Below, one piece after another: positions 39,542 to 49,480 of a stretch of 64,000 nt of DNA; the stretch's first letter is position 1, and each line of letters begins with the position of its first letter. Position numbers and translations under genes: made by a program. The DNA lies in contig JBIJDH010000002.1 of assembly GCA_044344255.1 (NCBI GenBank), positions 531,400-595,399 on the forward strand, given 5' to 3'. This DNA is from Myxococcota bacterium (GTDB taxonomy: Bacteria; Myxococcota_A; UBA796; UBA2385). The notes beneath the pieces were generated by a model. The model was not told the DNA's origin. It did not search any database and worked only from the letters and a program-made list of their open reading frames with translations.

Positions 39542-40894
39542 ATGGCCGAGCACAACAAGCAAGCTCCGCAAGCACAACAGGCGGCCCAAGGCCCGCAGGT
39601 GAAGGTGCTTCGCATCGGAATCGTGCAAGGCGGGAAGGTCGTGCACGAGCGGGTGGTCAAGTCGGGCCAGAACGTCACCATTGGTGAGTCGCCCAAGAAC
39701 ACCTTCGCATTTCCGGCCAAGGAGCTGCCTAGCAAGCAATTTACGCTCTTTCAGGCGAAGGGTGAGGACTATGTCCTCCACTTCACCGAGAAGATGACCG
39801 GCAAGATCGCCCAGGCCGCCGGTGCCAAGAACGTTGAAGACCTCGTTGCGGCAGCCAAGGCGGGCGGCTCCTTTTCCCTGCCGTTGGATCAGAAGGATCG
39901 CGGCAAGATCACGGTGGAAGATGTCACCGTGTTGTTCCAGTTCGTCGCTGCGCCGCCGGAGTCCGCTCGGGTGGTCGCGTCAACGTCCGACTTCCGGCCG
40001 AAGCTGCTCGAGAGCGACGATCTCATCTTCATGAGCTTCCTGGGGCTCTTCACAGCGCTCGCCTCGGTGTTGATGATCTACGTCGTCAACGCCGAGGTCC
40101 GAGAGTTGACCCTGGACGACGTGGATGATCGGATCGTGGAGATCCTCTTGCCGACCGTGGTGGATGAGGTCGAAGACGAGGTCGCCGAGGCCGCCGAGGC
40201 GACCCCGAAGGCGCCCGAGACCAAGGCGACCTCCAACGAGAACACGCAGGCCAAGAACCAGACCACTCAGCCTAAGACCGAACAGCAGCAGCGGCAGGAT
40301 GTGGTGGAGTCGTCCGCGCTCCTCACCGCCATCATCGGTACCCACGGCGAGGGGCAAGGTGAGACCGAGGCCGATCCGTTCGCAGACAGCGACGCAAACC
40401 TCGACGCCCTGCAGCAGAACCTCAGCAATGTCAACGCGACGGCCGACGCCAATTCCACCACGATGGGGATCCGATCCGGGCAAGACGCCAACCGAGGGGG
40501 CGCTACCCTCAGCGGTGTCGGCAGCGGCACCGTCGGCGAAGCGACCACGACTCAAGTGAAGCAGGTCGTCCCGAAGGGGCGTGCGAGCGTAGGTGGAGTC
40601 GAGGGCGCTTCCGCGGAGGGCTCAGACGCCGTGAGCTCCGCCCTGAAGAAGTACGCTCCCCAGATCAAGTCCTGCTACGACGAGCGGCTGGGCGCCAACC
40701 CGAACCTCTCCGGGCGCATCGCCGTCGGAGTCGACATCAGCGCAGGTCGGGTGACCACCGCCCGGATTGAGGAGAACACGACGGGTGACAAGGATCTCGA
40801 GACCTGCGTGGTCAAGAAGGTTCGGGGCTGGAGATTCCCCACCGAGGTCACGGAGTCGGGCGTGTACTTCCCCTTCTCGCTGTCCACCGGCTGA
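39542..40894 (+). CDS. Single-pass protein with TonB-C-like AgmX/PglI C-terminal domain (GltG-like)
   Basis: N-terminal VLRIGIVQGGKVVHER..VTIG, one TM, extended linker, IKSCYDERLGANPNLSGRI...CVVKKVRGWRFP...FPF. Confidence 0.85.
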   Translation: MAEHNKQAPQAQQAAQGPQVKVLRIGIVQGGKVVHERVVKSGQNVTIGESPKNTFAFPAKELPSKQFTLFQAKGEDYVLHFTEKMTGKIAQAAGAKNVEDLVAAAKAGGSFSLPLDQKDRGKITVEDVTVLFQFVAAPPESARVVASTSDFRPKLLESDDLIFMSFLGLFTALASVLMIYVVNAEVRELTLDDVDDRIVEILLPTVVDEVEDEVAEAAEATPKAPETKATSNENTQAKNQTTQPKTEQQQRQDVVESSALLTAIIGTHGEGQGETEADPFADSDANLDALQQNLSNVNATADANSTTMGIRSGQDANRGGATLSGVGSGTVGEATTTQVKQVVPKGRASVGGVEGASAEGSDAVSSALKKYAPQIKSCYDERLGANPNLSGRIAVGVDISAGRVTTARIEENTTGDKDLETCVVKKVRGWRFPTEVTESGVYFPFSLSTG

Positions 40895-40918
40895 GATTCA
40901 GGAGAGTTCATGAGCTCG

Positions 40919-40950
40919 CAGGGCCCCGCGCGCGCGGGGCCCTGTTGTTT
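40919..40950 (+). terminator. Rho-independent terminator after GltG-like gene
   Basis: CAGGGCCCCGCG/CGCGGGGCCCTG stem followed by TTGTTT. Confidence 0.75.
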
Positions 40951-41073
40951 GGGCGCTGTTCATGCGCGTTTGGTCCGCCTGCGGACGCGTGCCGGCCGGC
41001 GGGTTATAACAAGTGAGTGTTGGCTGGTCCGGCTCGGCCAAGGCCGGCCGGCCTGGACAACAGCGGGATGAGG

Positions 41074-41102
41074 TTGACGGTTCACCTGAGATCGCCTATT
41101 CT
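41074..41102 (+). promoter_or_regulatory. Sigma70-type promoter
   Basis: TTGACG-17 nt-TATTCT, 28 nt upstream of ATG 41131 with GGAGG SD. Confidence 0.6.
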
Positions 41103-41130
41103 CGACATATGTGACCTTCGGAGGCCCCCC

Positions 41131-41742
41131 ATGCGCAAGATGATGAACCCCTCGGACTTTGGATCGGCGGGCCGTGGGGGCGTATCGAGCCTTCGAGCCT
41201 CGTCCTTGGCCCTGCTGTTGGTGTTCGGTGGCGCGTGGGCCGGGAGTGTCGCCCACGCCGAGGACACCGCTGACTTCGGCAGTAGCTCGTCACTGACGGG
41301 GAGCAGCAGCCCCCGGCAGCAGATCGACTCCGCTCGTCAGCACCTCGACCAGATGCGGGATGACCTCAAGACGGTCACCAAGATCGGCGAAGAAGCTGAC
41401 AAAGACGGAAACGTTGACCAGATTCAGTGCGTGAAGAAGGCCCTCGCCAACATCAAGGCCCTCGTAGGAGCGGCAGAGCGCTCGCAGACCACGATGAAGG
41501 ACGCCATCGATGAAGGCCAGCTTGACAAGGCGTCGGCTGCGTTCCGTCAGGTTGAAGTGGCCGCTGGCAAGGTTAAGAACTTCGTTCGCGACGCGAACGA
41601 GTGCACCGGCGCCCGAGGCACCACCGAGGGCAAGACCGAGTTGAGCGTCACCGGCGGGTCCCCGACGGATGATCCCGAGACGCCCTGGGATGATTTCTCC
41701 GAAGGCTTCTTCGAGCAGCCGCGACCGACCCGCTTCCGCTGA
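41131..41742 (+). CDS. Secreted helical hypothetical protein with two Cys
   Basis: Signal peptide ending AHA; IQCVKKAL...ANECTG; SD and promoter support the 41131 start. Confidence 0.7.
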   Translation: MRKMMNPSDFGSAGRGGVSSLRASSLALLLVFGGAWAGSVAHAEDTADFGSSSSLTGSSSPRQQIDSARQHLDQMRDDLKTVTKIGEEADKDGNVDQIQCVKKALANIKALVGAAERSQTTMKDAIDEGQLDKASAAFRQVEVAAGKVKNFVRDANECTGARGTTEGKTELSVTGGSPTDDPETPWDDFSEGFFEQPRPTRFR

Positions 41743-41825
41743 GGAGTCCCCGGACGGAATGTGCGCTTAGCCGCCCGATGTGATAGCGGTACCGTCGTTG
41801 GGATCAAGCCGTCTGGCAAGGACAG

Positions 41826-43133
41826 TTGCTAATGTTTACCGAAAAAAAGTGCTGGTCTGCGCCCATGCTCGGTGCAACGATCGGACTCTTGGTACTCTCG
41901 GCGCCCGCTGCGGCCGGTCCGGGAGACCACATTCGGGCCGGAAACGCTGAGATAATCCCCTCCGTCACCTGGTTGGCCGGCTGGCGGTCCAACGTGTTCT
42001 TGGCGGCGGGTGATGCTTGTGCCACCGATGGTACCGTCCTGGAGCCCACCCACTCTGGGGCGGCTTTCGACCTGATTCCGGCCATCGGCATCACGAGTGG
42101 TCCGTCCGATAATCTGACTTACAAGCTCGACGCTAACTTCACTGCCCGCAAGTACCTCACGTCTGATCTGTCGAACATGGATCGGTACCAGGACTTCATG
42201 ATTGTTGGTTCGATGCAGGTAAGGCCGAACTCCCCCGTCGGCTTCGAGGCGAGGAACGAGCTACGCAATTTTGGTCGTGAGACAGACTTCGACACCGCGG
42301 ACAATCCTTACTTCGGTCGCTTTGAAGAGCGGCTCACCCTGTTCTCGAACATTCGCCCCGGGGGGGCGATCTCGTTCGATGCTGGCGGTCGCCTAGGCTA
42401 TATCGCCTACAACCGTCCCCACCGTGACGAGACGACCGAGACTTTGGTGAACTCCCGCAGCAGCGTGGCGGGGCTGGTTGACTTTCGTTGGAAGTTCTTC
42501 CCAAAGACGGCGCTGGTCGCTGACTTGGAGTTCGAAAAGTTCAACTGGAAGTTCAACGAGGGCAACACCAGCGCGAGCGAGGTGAGCGCTTCGCCGAAGC
42601 CTGACGGTTGGCTCATGCGGGCCTCCACCGGTGTCCGAGGTCGGGTGACGGAGAAGCTCCAGATCCGCGCGACGCTCGGCTACGGCTTCGCCGGCTACGA
42701 GGGCGACGCTGTGGACATGTCGGGCTTCCCCGACAGCCTCCTCGTGGGCTCGGAGCTCGTCTTTGACCCGATCGAGGGGCAGTCGGTCTCCGTAGGCTAC
42801 ACAAAGGATTTCCAGGACTCCGTATCTTCTTCGTTCAGTAACTACAACCTGTTCTTTGGTCGCTATCAGGGCAGGTTTTTTGACAAGCTAACCGCTGACC
42901 TCTCCGCCACCTACCGGCGGGATCAGTATGAGGGCGCGCTTGTCGCCACCGACGCTACCATTCGTCCGAAGGTGGAGGTCGGCTACGAGCTTACACCCTT
43001 CCTCGTGGCCGAGGTTGGAGTTGGCTGGGTGAGGCGTCTGAACGTAGAGAGCGCCACCGCCGCAGGTGGGCAGGACTGCTCCCGCGAGTTTGATGACGTC
43101 GAGGTCAACGGCGGTCTGGTCTTCACGTACTGA
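41826..43133 (+). CDS. Outer-membrane beta-barrel protein, possibly polysaccharide-export porin (Wzp/EpsX-like)
   Basis: Signal peptide; alternating hydrophobic strands throughout; FRWKFFPKTAL; C-terminal GGLVFTY aromatic end. Confidence 0.7.
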   Translation: MLMFTEKKCWSAPMLGATIGLLVLSAPAAAGPGDHIRAGNAEIIPSVTWLAGWRSNVFLAAGDACATDGTVLEPTHSGAAFDLIPAIGITSGPSDNLTYKLDANFTARKYLTSDLSNMDRYQDFMIVGSMQVRPNSPVGFEARNELRNFGRETDFDTADNPYFGRFEERLTLFSNIRPGGAISFDAGGRLGYIAYNRPHRDETTETLVNSRSSVAGLVDFRWKFFPKTALVADLEFEKFNWKFNEGNTSASEVSASPKPDGWLMRASTGVRGRVTEKLQIRATLGYGFAGYEGDAVDMSGFPDSLLVGSELVFDPIEGQSVSVGYTKDFQDSVSSSFSNYNLFFGRYQGRFFDKLTADLSATYRRDQYEGALVATDATIRPKVEVGYELTPFLVAEVGVGWVRRLNVESATAAGGQDCSREFDDVEVNGGLVFTY

Positions 43134-43266
43134 CCGGCTCAGCCTGATCGTTTGAGCCTCTCCGCGCAAGCGGTGGTGTCGCCGCGTCGGGCCCGCGGAG
43201 CAACATCGGGTGTTGGGCTGGCGCGAGTCCGACCGCGACGCATCTTCGTAGCGTCCCGGTCTTCGA

Positions 43267-44280
43267 TCAGGGTACGCGAGATCGCCTCCCATACCGTGGC
43301 GCCACGGCCCACGCGCAGGCTGTGCGCGTGATGTCGTCGATCGAGTCCCAGCGCGGCTCCCAGCCAAGCTCCCGCCGAGCCTTGTCAGCCGATGCGAAGA
43401 GCGCGGGGGGATCGCCCTCACGTGGAGGGGCGGAGATCGTCGGGACCGGGCGTCCCAGGACACGCTGAACGGAGTCGATGACCTGTCGGACGCTGGTCCC
43501 GATGCCGGTGCCTACGTTGTACGCGGTGCCCACCTCTCCCTCGAGGAGTCGCGTGACCGCGAGCCGGTGGACCTCGGCGAGGTCCTGGACGTGGACGTAG
43601 TCGCGGATGCAGGTGCCGTCCGGCGTCGGGTACTTCTCGCCGAAGATCTGCAAGGGGCCTCGTTGGCCGAGGGCCGAGGCGATGGCCAAGGGGATGAGGT
43701 GAGTCTCCGGTTCGTGGGCCTCACCGAGCTGTCCGTCCGCGGTTGCTCCAGCGGCGTTGAAGTACCGGAGTGTGGTTACCCGAAGGCCCTCCTTCTCTCG
43801 GCAGGCGGCCAACATTCTCTCGACCATCGCCTTGCTCTCCCCGTAGGGGCTGACCGGGCGACTGGGGTGATCTTCCGTGAGGGGCGTCCGTTCTGGGTCT
43901 CCGTAGATCGCGCAGGTGGATGAGAACACCAGCGAGCGCACCCCCTCCGCGAGCATGGAATCCACGAGGGTGGCCGTGCCGCCTACGTTGACATCGAAGT
44001 AGCGGAGCGGGTGCTCCACGCTCTCCCCGACCAGCGATCGCGCGGCGAAGTGCAGGACCGCGTCAAAGCGACCGTGGCGGAGCACCTGACGGAGACTGGC
44101 GCGGTCTCGCACGTCACCGACGACAAGCTCGTCCTCCACCGCTGCGCGATGCCCGGTGCTCAGATCGTCGAAGGTGACGGTGTGGTGCCCCGCTTCGCGT
44201 AGGGCCCTCCCACAGACGCTCCCGATATAGCCGGCACCGCCCACCACGAGCACCCTCGCGCGCGCTGACCCGATCGCCAT
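43267..44280 (-). CDS. galE: UDP-glucose 4-epimerase
   Basis: GGAGYIGS, HFAARSLVGES, FSSTCAIYG, YGESK, LRYFNAAGA, DGTCIRDYVHV; ATG 44280 after AAGGAGG. Confidence 0.93.
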   Translation of the reverse strand: MAIGSARARVLVVGGAGYIGSVCGRALREAGHHTVTFDDLSTGHRAAVEDELVVGDVRDRASLRQVLRHGRFDAVLHFAARSLVGESVEHPLRYFDVNVGGTATLVDSMLAEGVRSLVFSSTCAIYGDPERTPLTEDHPSRPVSPYGESKAMVERMLAACREKEGLRVTTLRYFNAAGATADGQLGEAHEPETHLIPLAIASALGQRGPLQIFGEKYPTPDGTCIRDYVHVQDLAEVHRLAVTRLLEGEVGTAYNVGTGIGTSVRQVIDSVQRVLGRPVPTISAPPREGDPPALFASADKARRELGWEPRWDSIDDITRTACAWAVAPRYGRRSRVP

Positions 44281-44448
44281 GGGACCTCCTTTCATGCTCA
44301 TGTAATACTTTAAGAAGGGGGATGACCCGTCAAGCCCAATCCGATACCTTGCCGATGTACTCCTGTCCGCATGGACCGCGGGCGCCGGTCCGGGTCCGCC
44401 GCATGGACTGCGGGCGCCGGTCCGCGCCCGCCGCAGTTGAGGTGCCAG

Positions 44449-47322
44449 GTGGCCCGCGCCGACTCTACCCCAGACATCGACGACGCTCCCCTGGAGGCAG
44501 CCCGCCCTTCGAAGGCCGCTGCGACGAGGGCGGCCGCAGCCAAGGCCTCGCGTCCGCGTGCCAGCCGCGTTTCGGCTCGAAAGGTCGCAGAGGATCGCCG
44601 GGCCTCTCCGTCCCTTCGGGTGGTCAAGCAGCTGGGCTTGCTGCTCGGCATCCTCGGCTGCGCATACGCCACCGTCTCGCTGATCACGTATGATTCGCGC
44701 GATCCGGGCTTCTTTACCACCGGTTCTCGCGATGTGAAGAACGCAGCGGGCCCGGCGGGAGCGGTGCTCGCCGACGTGCTGCTTCACCTCGTCGGGGTGG
44801 GAGCCGCGGGAGCCCCGATCACCGGCGTCGTCCTCGGCCTCAAGCTGGCCGGCCGTGCCGTCGGGGCCGGGCGCATCATCGCCAGCGTGCTCCTCGGCTG
44901 GGCCGCGCTCTGCATCGCGGCGCTGCTCTCGCCGACCCCAATCGGCGCCGTAACGTTCGGCCCGGGTGGCATCGTCGGCGCCGAGACCACCAGCGCCCTC
45001 CGAGCGGTGGTGGGGCCGGCCGGCTCCTGGATCGCCGTTGGGGGCGCCGTCCTGACGCTCACCACCGTGGTGGCTGGGGTCGACTGGGAGCGGGCCGCCA
45101 ACCGGGTCGTGAGCCTCTTCGAGGCCGTCCTGCCGTGGCTCGGTCGCACCGGTCTGCGCGCGGGGCGCTCGATGGTGGGAGGCGTCGTGCGTTCTGGCTC
45201 CGCGGTGGCGGGTCGGGTCGGAGAAATTGCGCGGAGGCGGCCGGCGGCCGGCGCGGAGGAGGAGTACGACTTCGCCTTCGATGACACCTCTGACCCCGGT
45301 GATCTTGACGAGGACGAGCTCGATGAGGAGGAGGTCGACGAGGATGACCTCGATGAGGATGACCTTGGGGACGATCTCGGGGACGACGAGGTCGCGGAGG
45401 TGACGCCGCCCCGTCCGGCTGCTCGGCCTGCGAAGGCCCTGCCGGTGTCGTCCAAGCGGCCTCCAGCGGAGGCGGCAGACGATCGCACCCGCCGCACGCG
45501 CCCTGCGGTTCGGGAGCTCGCCGAGGTCGAGTGGGAGCCAACCTCCGTGCACGACGCGCCGCCGGAGGCGCCTGTCCGCTTGGCCCAGCCCGCCGTGAAC
45601 GCCCCTCTGCATCCTCCCCTGGACGTTCATCGCCCCGCGGTGTCGCATCGCCCGCCCGCGGCCGTCGAGCCGGAGCCCGAGCCCGTCGTGTTGAGCCCAT
45701 CGCCGGAGGCCGCCGAGAAGGCCGCAGAGCGCGCCGCCTCCAGGAAGCGGGTGTCGGCGATCCGCGGCATCGAGCTCACCCCTGGGGTCCTGGTCTCGGG
45801 TGGTCAGGATGACGGCGGTGCGGTGGTCGACCGCGGAGGGAAGACGGCCTTTGAGCTCCCCCACCTCGGCCTCCTCGACGAGCACCCCCGGGATGTCGCG
45901 CAGGTCAACGAGCTCGAGCTCCGCGCCCTCGGTGACACCCTTGAGCAGAAGCTAGCCGACTTCGGAATCAGCGGCTCGATCTCGGCGATTCGCCCCGGGC
46001 CGGTGATCACCACCTACGAGTACCAGCCGTCCGCCGGCATCAAGCTGAGCCGCATCACGGCCCTCGAAGACGACATCGCGATGGCGCTCAAGGCGCTCTC
46101 CGTGCGCATCGTCGCCCCGATCCCCGGTAAGGGCGTGGTGGGCTTCGAGGTGCCGAACAAGAAGCGCCAGACCGTCTGGGTCCGCGACATCCTCTCCAGT
46201 GAGCAGTTCCGCAAGAGCAAGACGCTCCTCCCGCTCGCGCTCGGCAAGAACGTCGAAGGCCGCCCGGAGATCGCCGATCTGGCCAAGGCGCCCCACCTCC
46301 TTGTCGCGGGCACCACCGGCTCTGGGAAGTCGGTGGGCGTCAACGCGATGTTGCTGAGCATGCTGTTCACCCGGAGCCCCGAGGAGCTTCGGCTGATCCT
46401 CATCGATCCCAAGATGCTCGAGTTCGAGATGTACCAAGACATCCCGCACCTCCTGCACCCCGTCGTGACCGACTCCAAGCTCGCCGCCGCGGCCCTGAAG
46501 TGGGCCTGCACCGAGATGGACGAGCGCTACAGGCTCATGAGCCGCTGGAAGACGAGGAACATCGAGGGCTTCAACGAGCGGGTTGACCACGAGCTCCAGG
46601 ATTGGACGCCCGCCAAGGCGAGGCAGTACGCGCCCGCCGAATGGCCCGAGGGCGAGCCCCTCCCGCGCCCGAAGAAGCTCCCCTACATCGTGATCGTCAT
46701 CGACGAGCTCGCCGACTTGATGATGGTGGCCGCCAAGGAGGTCGAGATCTCGATCGCCCGCCTCGCCCAGAAGGCGCGCGCGGCCGGCCTCCACCTCATC
46801 GTGGCGACCCAGCGGCCCGAGAAGACCGTCGTGACCGGCATCATCAAGGCCAACCTCCCGAGCCGCATCGCCTTCCAAGTGCGCAGCAAGCTCGACGGTC
46901 GCATCGTCCTTGACCAAGGCGGCGCCGAGACCCTCCTCGGTAAGGGCGACATGCTCTTCTTGCCGCCCAGCACCTCCGACCTGCAGCGCATCCACGGCCC
47001 CTTCGTCAGCGACGAGGAGGCCCGCCGTGTCACCGACTTCCTTCGCGCGCAAGGCATGCCCGACTACGAGGCTGACATTCGCGTAGACGAAGAGGCCTCC
47101 GAAGACGCCGGTATGTCCGAGGACGAGTATGATCCCCTCTACGATCTGGCGGTGGCCTACGTCTCGCAGATCGGCAAAGCCAGCACCAGCATGATCCAGC
47201 GCGAGTTCAAGATCGGCTACAACCGGGCCGCGCGCATGATCGAGGTGATGGAGCGGGAGGGCCTCGTCGGCGCCGCGGATGGCGCGCGCCCCCGTGAGGT
47301 CCTCCACCCCGGCGGTCATTGA
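44449..47322 (+). CDS. ftsK: DNA translocase FtsK (start approximate)
   Basis: N-terminal TMs, acidic linker, PGPVIT, VAGTTGSGKSVG, IDPKMLE, IDELADLMM, ATQRP, IGYNRAARMIE gamma domain. Confidence 0.95.
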   Translation: MARADSTPDIDDAPLEAARPSKAAATRAAAAKASRPRASRVSARKVAEDRRASPSLRVVKQLGLLLGILGCAYATVSLITYDSRDPGFFTTGSRDVKNAAGPAGAVLADVLLHLVGVGAAGAPITGVVLGLKLAGRAVGAGRIIASVLLGWAALCIAALLSPTPIGAVTFGPGGIVGAETTSALRAVVGPAGSWIAVGGAVLTLTTVVAGVDWERAANRVVSLFEAVLPWLGRTGLRAGRSMVGGVVRSGSAVAGRVGEIARRRPAAGAEEEYDFAFDDTSDPGDLDEDELDEEEVDEDDLDEDDLGDDLGDDEVAEVTPPRPAARPAKALPVSSKRPPAEAADDRTRRTRPAVRELAEVEWEPTSVHDAPPEAPVRLAQPAVNAPLHPPLDVHRPAVSHRPPAAVEPEPEPVVLSPSPEAAEKAAERAASRKRVSAIRGIELTPGVLVSGGQDDGGAVVDRGGKTAFELPHLGLLDEHPRDVAQVNELELRALGDTLEQKLADFGISGSISAIRPGPVITTYEYQPSAGIKLSRITALEDDIAMALKALSVRIVAPIPGKGVVGFEVPNKKRQTVWVRDILSSEQFRKSKTLLPLALGKNVEGRPEIADLAKAPHLLVAGTTGSGKSVGVNAMLLSMLFTRSPEELRLILIDPKMLEFEMYQDIPHLLHPVVTDSKLAAAALKWACTEMDERYRLMSRWKTRNIEGFNERVDHELQDWTPAKARQYAPAEWPEGEPLPRPKKLPYIVIVIDELADLMMVAAKEVEISIARLAQKARAAGLHLIVATQRPEKTVVTGIIKANLPSRIAFQVRSKLDGRIVLDQGGAETLLGKGDMLFLPPSTSDLQRIHGPFVSDEEARRVTDFLRAQGMPDYEADIRVDEEASEDAGMSEDEYDPLYDLAVAYVSQIGKASTSMIQREFKIGYNRAARMIEVMEREGLVGAADGARPREVLHPGGH

Positions 47323-47460
47323 CCGGCCGTCGCGCTCCCGCGGGGATGGAATGACCGACCCCTTCGGCGCGTCTGCCCCCCAAGGCTGGAAGCCCGGTCG
47401 GTTGCGACAGCCCCGTCGCCCGGCTAAACCCCACGGCTTCCGCCGTCCGAGGAGACGCCC

Positions 47461-48117
47461 TTGCGCCGGTTTTCGATTGGCCTCCTGGCCCTGTTCTTGT
47501 CTGCCGCGGCCCCTGCTGAGCCCGCCCACGACCCCACCAACACCACCGAGCTCGTCGGCGCCCTCGAGCAGACCTACAAGGGCGTGACCAGCTTGAAAGC
47601 TGACTTTGTCCAGGTTCAGCGCTCTGCTGCCACGGGCGAGGTGCGGCAGAAGGGCGTCGTGCAGTTGAAGCGCCCTCGGAAGGCCCGTTGGGAGTTCCAG
47701 GGTGCAGACGGCACCACCTTCGTCACCGACGGCAAGACGATCTGGCTGTACACGCCCTCGGCCAAGCAGGTCATCGAGACCGGCAGCGCCGCTGGCGCTG
47801 GGGGCGGCGGGATGGGCGAGCTGCTCGACAGCCTCGACAAGCTCGACCAGTTCTTCAACCTCCAGCTCGTCGAAGGGCAGGACGGGAAGCGATCCTACCG
47901 CGTGATCGCGACGCCGAAGTCGCCCGCCCAGTACAAGCAGCTCGAGATCGTGGTCTCCCGCAAGAGCTACACGGTCGAGAAGGTTGTGGTGGTCGATCAG
48001 ATGGGCGGTCAGACCGAGCTTACTTTCTCCAGCGTGAAGCTGAATTCAGACGTCCCCGACACCGCCTTCACCTTCTCGGTGCCGGCTGGCGTGCAGGTCA
48101 TCAAGGGAGCGATGTAG
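47461..48117 (+). CDS. lolA: Outer-membrane lipoprotein carrier LolA
   Basis: Signal peptide; SLKADFVQ, LKRPRKARWEF, VTDGKTIWLYTP, FTFSVPAGVQVI; follows ftsK. Confidence 0.88.
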   Translation: MRRFSIGLLALFLSAAAPAEPAHDPTNTTELVGALEQTYKGVTSLKADFVQVQRSAATGEVRQKGVVQLKRPRKARWEFQGADGTTFVTDGKTIWLYTPSAKQVIETGSAAGAGGGGMGELLDSLDKLDQFFNLQLVEGQDGKRSYRVIATPKSPAQYKQLEIVVSRKSYTVEKVVVVDQMGGQTELTFSSVKLNSDVPDTAFTFSVPAGVQVIKGAM

Positions 48118-48120
48118 ACG

Positions 48121-49470
48121 ATGGAGAGAGTCCACCTCATCAGCCTCGGCTGTCCCAAGAACCGTGTGGACAGCGAGGTGATGGTCGGGAAGCTGCAGCG
48201 CGGCCCCTTCGAGATGGTGGACGATCCGGCGGCCGCTGACGTCATCGTCGTCAACACGTGCAGCTTCATCCAGCCGGCCACCGAGGAGTCCATCGACACC
48301 GTCCTCGCGATGTCCGGCTACAAGCAGGCGGGCAGCTGTAAGAAGCTGGTGGTCACGGGTTGCATGGTCCAGCGTTACGGCCGCTCGCTGGAGGAGGAGC
48401 TGCCCGAGGTCGACTACTTCTTGGGCACGGGCGAGTACCACCGAATCGACGAGGTCATCCAGGCCCGCGCGGGTGAGCTCCCTCGGAGCTACATCGACAC
48501 GCCGCTCTACATCCACGACGAGCTCGCACCCCGTCTGAACTCGTGGAAGCCGCACTCGGCCTACCTCAAGATCTCCGAGGGCTGTGACCATCGTTGCGCC
48601 TTCTGCATCATCCCGACCCTGCGCGGCAAGATGCGCAGCCGCACGGTCGCCTCGCTGGTCACCGAGGCCACTCGTCTGGCCGAGCAAGGGGTGTTGGAGC
48701 TCAACCTGGTCAGCCAGGACTCCACCGCCTACGGGCGTGATCTCTCCGACGGATCTGACCTCGGCAAGCTGCTCCGCGCCCTCGCCAAGATTGACGGAAT
48801 CCAGTGGATCCGCCTCCACTACGCCTACCCGATCGGGCTCCCCGAGAGCCTCCTCCGGGCCATCGCCGAAGAAGAGAAGGTGGTCCGCTACCTCGACATG
48901 CCGCTCCAACACGCCAGCGGCCGCATGCTGAAGGCGATGCGCCGCGGCGTCACCCGCGAAGGGCAGGAGCGGATCCTCGAGCGGGTGCGGCGCTTCGTGC
49001 CCGACATCGCCATCCGCACCACCTTCATCGTCGGCTTCCCCGGTGAGACCGACGAAGACTACGCGGAGCTCGAGAGCTTCGTGAAGGCGCAGTCCTTCTC
49101 CCGGGTCGGCGTCTTCACCTACTGCCAGGAGGAGGGCACGGAGGCCGCCAAGCTCTCCGATCAGGTGCCCGAGAAGGTGAAGCTCCAGCGCCAGAAGGCG
49201 CTCATGAAGGTGCAAGCCGGGATCAGCAAGAAGTTGCACCGCGCCTTGATCGGCAAGGTCTTCCCCGTGCTCGTCGATGGCCCCTCCGAGGAGAATGAGC
49301 TCGTCCTCGCCGGTCGCCTGCAGAGCCAGGCCCCCGACGTAGACGGCGTCGTCTTCCTCGACGAGGCTCCGGAGGATGTTCGCGCCGGGCAGATCCGCGC
49401 CGTGCGGATCACCCGCGCTTCGGACTACGATTTGATCGGGCGGGTGGACGACTCCCCCGCTGAATCTTGA
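48121..49470 (+). CDS. rimO: Ribosomal protein S12 methylthiotransferase RimO
   Basis: SLGCPKNRVDSE, NTCSFI, radical SAM CDHRCAFC, QAPDVDG, C-terminal TRAM. Confidence 0.95.
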   Translation: MERVHLISLGCPKNRVDSEVMVGKLQRGPFEMVDDPAAADVIVVNTCSFIQPATEESIDTVLAMSGYKQAGSCKKLVVTGCMVQRYGRSLEEELPEVDYFLGTGEYHRIDEVIQARAGELPRSYIDTPLYIHDELAPRLNSWKPHSAYLKISEGCDHRCAFCIIPTLRGKMRSRTVASLVTEATRLAEQGVLELNLVSQDSTAYGRDLSDGSDLGKLLRALAKIDGIQWIRLHYAYPIGLPESLLRAIAEEEKVVRYLDMPLQHASGRMLKAMRRGVTREGQERILERVRRFVPDIAIRTTFIVGFPGETDEDYAELESFVKAQSFSRVGVFTYCQEEGTEAAKLSDQVPEKVKLQRQKALMKVQAGISKKLHRALIGKVFPVLVDGPSEENELVLAGRLQSQAPDVDGVVFLDEAPEDVRAGQIRAVRITRASDYDLIGRVDDSPAES

Positions 49471-49480
49471 AGGAGGTCGG

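Noticed and set aside
44307..44333. Candidate galE promoter TTGACG-15-TAAAGT (minus strand)
   Set aside because: Spacer is short; not listed as a feature without TSS data
45301..45390. Acidic DLDED-type repeats in ftsK
   Set aside because: Low-complexity linker, common in FtsK proteins
44281..45885. Apparent 534-aa N-terminal extension of galE
   Set aside because: Antisense to ftsK; strong SD before ATG 44280 gives a normal-length GalE
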